From Psammoneis japonica (taxonomy: Eukaryota), in contig QPGO01000164.1 of assembly GCA_008632985.1 (NCBI GenBank), forward strand, positions 124,001-171,322: DNA of 47,322 bases. Direction: 5' to 3'. The notes beneath the pieces are model-generated. The model saw nothing but the letters and a program-made list of their open reading frames with translations. It was not told where the DNA came from and ran no database searches. This document shows positions 45,500 through 47,322 of the stretch, in pieces. How positions within the stretch are numbered: position 1 is the stretch's first letter; every line of letters begins with the position of its first letter. The translations under genes were made by a program, and so were the position numbers.

Positions 45500-47320
45500 T
45501 CAGGAATTATCATTGCGCAACTTCTCCACCACATAATCAGCACCGTCGTTGTACATGATGACTACAAATCCAGCAACAGGCCTCTTAATTGCCACGGCCT
45601 CCATTGCATGACGGGTTTCAACATATCCTGAAAGCTGCTCGTGAGCTTTGGTGATAAAAGCTGCTGTCGGAGCTTCCTGAACTTGTTTCAGTTCCAGTAT
45701 CACCACACTTGTTGTCGAACTAAACGTGACATCTGTGCGTTTTCCGGTCAGTGGCAAAATATCCTCTTGAGTCGTCTGCGCCCTGCCTCTTAGAATGTCA
45801 TGGGCCTCCGTGATAACGTGCGACTGGAACTGAAGCTCCAAGATGTGATTATGTATGTCAGAGGAAGCCCAAGATATCAACCTCGCCATGTTATTTTTCG
45901 AAATTGAAGTCACAAAGTCCACCAGAATGTCTTCACCTTTGGCGTAGAGGTCTTCCGTGGTTGTGAGTGAGGTCAAAGTTTCAAGGGATGCTCGCAGCGT
46001 TCTCAGCAGCGGTTCGAGGAGGTTCTCACGGTAGAAATCAGAGGTGATGGCGAACGTTGGCTTCCTTTTCGAACTTGCTGATACCACTCCTAGGTGGACT
46101 AAAAGGGTTAGGTAGTCACCGATGTCGATGTCTTCCCGCAAGAGATGCTCCAAACTCAAGTCTCCATTTAGTTCGTAGCCTTTCACTTCACGCCTTTCGG
46201 CTAGTTCGTTTACCACGTGCCGGAGGTTCCGAGCATTTTGAAGGACATTAAACACGGAGGACGGGATCGGCTCCCAGCGAAAGCTTCCTGGTAAGGGAAC
46301 ACCATGCAAGAAGGCGGACCGATCAGAACGACTCTTGAGAAATCTGTTCATCAACGCATTGACCAACGCTGTGTGATACAGGGAGCTCCCGCCAGGAAAA
46401 CGAAGGTTGTTGAAATCGTATTTGATCTTTCGGAAGGCAAGCTCAAGCTCCCCTTCGTTGAAGGGAGCATGCGTGTGGATATTTTCAAGCATTCCACGAA
46501 CATCGGCGTCAGTCAATCCAACAGCATCGGCCATGAATTCCTCAAAAGTAAGCGAGACAAGCTCAAGGCCACTCATCTCTTTGATTCCGATGGGGGTTAT
46601 TCCGGTCAGCATTATTTTCGCGCAGTCCAAGTGCTCCAGGGCAGCCTTGACGGCCCTGAAAAAGGCAAAGTAAGACCCGAACACCGACTTGATCTTCTTT
46701 TCAACAGCTTCGTAGAGATTGCGGCCGTGATCAGGTATTAAGGGTAGCAGACCTTCTCGGACAGGTTGGTCGTATTCATCGACAAGAATCAGCAACCGCC
46801 CTTGCGAAAGCTGTACAGCGGTACTCAGATTATTCATCACCGTGCCAATTGGCTGATCGAGCATTTTGACGCCCATCGAAACACGCTCGTAGTTTTCATT
46901 GAGTTGCTTGTTTGTCAACAAGAGGAAAATCACTTTGTGTTTGATAGCACTTGCGGTTGCCTTGTCGATGCTTCTGCAGTTGTCTTCCCATGTAGCATTC
47001 TCATCGTCTTCAATGGAAACGACGCCAAAATCCAATCGCAGGACAAACCACTTATTCCGATCATCCTCGCCAGGCGAATATCGCAGATCTCCGTCGACAT
47101 TGGAAGTCTTATTCAACGAGAACAATTCGTCGGCAAGGGAGAAAAGCGTTGTCTTGCCCAGTTGCATCGGGCGAGTGAAGACTATCGCATTATCGTTGTG
47201 GTTGAAAAGCTTCTCCAGAAACAAACTGTTGTCGCGGTAGCCGCGGCCTTGACGATAGATCGCCGGAGCACCGTTCTGGTGTCGGCCAGGGAATCCGAAA
47301 CTGTCTTTCGTCCTTTTCGC
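45500..47320 (-). CDS. AAA-ATPase-like NTPase fused to a C-terminal PD-(D/E)XK nuclease; 5' end lies beyond the window
   Basis: Frame open to the window edge; Walker A TRPMQLGKTT, Walker B LILVDEYD, GITP, C-terminal GKRTDV..VILELKQ; normal TA and Tyr content. Confidence 0.85.
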   Translation of the reverse strand, partial: AKRTKDSFGFPGRHQNGAPAIYRQGRGYRDNSLFLEKLFNHNDNAIVFTRPMQLGKTTLFSLADELFSLNKTSNVDGDLRYSPGEDDRNKWFVLRLDFGVVSIEDDENATWEDNCRSIDKATASAIKHKVIFLLLTNKQLNENYERVSMGVKMLDQPIGTVMNNLSTAVQLSQGRLLILVDEYDQPVREGLLPLIPDHGRNLYEAVEKKIKSVFGSYFAFFRAVKAALEHLDCAKIMLTGITPIGIKEMSGLELVSLTFEEFMADAVGLTDADVRGMLENIHTHAPFNEGELELAFRKIKYDFNNLRFPGGSSLYHTALVNALMNRFLKSRSDRSAFLHGVPLPGSFRWEPIPSSVFNVLQNARNLRHVVNELAERREVKGYELNGDLSLEHLLREDIDIGDYLTLLVHLGVVSASSKRKPTFAITSDFYRENLLEPLLRTLRASLETLTSLTTTEDLYAKGEDILVDFVTSISKNNMARLISWASSDIHNHILELQFQSHVITEAHDILRGRAQTTQEDILPLTGKRTDVTFSSTTSVVILELKQVQEAPTAAFITKAHEQLSGYVETRHAMEAVAIKRPVAGFVVIMYNDGADYVVEKLRNDNS

Positions 47321-47322
47321 TG

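Overview
This is eukaryotic genomic DNA, most likely from a pennate diatom (inferred from CoDi-type Copia and diatom-type Gypsy proteins, a SAF-type bipartite plastid presequence and diatom-type P/T/S-rich membrane-protein architecture). The window alternates between two kinds of sequence. Islands with normal TpA content hold intact-looking host genes: a SET-domain protein, a plastid-targeted protein, a single-pass P/T-rich membrane protein, and an AAA-ATPase-like/PD-(D/E)XK protein. Large transposon-rich blocks (about 1-22.6, 25.0-26.8, 29.85-33.2 and 36.0-44.0 kb) have lost almost all TpA dinucleotides. These blocks contain two internally deleted Gypsy elements, a full-length Copia element, a MITE family, an IS630/Tc1-like transposase relic and several dead host genes (actin-like, papain-like, gene duplicates). 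The main finding is a regional, near-saturating A:T->G:C hypermutation at TpA (TA->TG or TA->CA), the mirror image of fungal RIP, accompanied by CG<->TG/CA changes. It is visible within the window in three LTR pairs, a mutated versus largely unmutated MITE pair, a mutated versus intact gene duplicate, and systematic Tyr->Cys/His replacement in conserved protein motifs. It also erases TAA/TAG stops, so most short ORFs in the supplied track are artefacts. All counts are by hand and approximate; no database searches were run.
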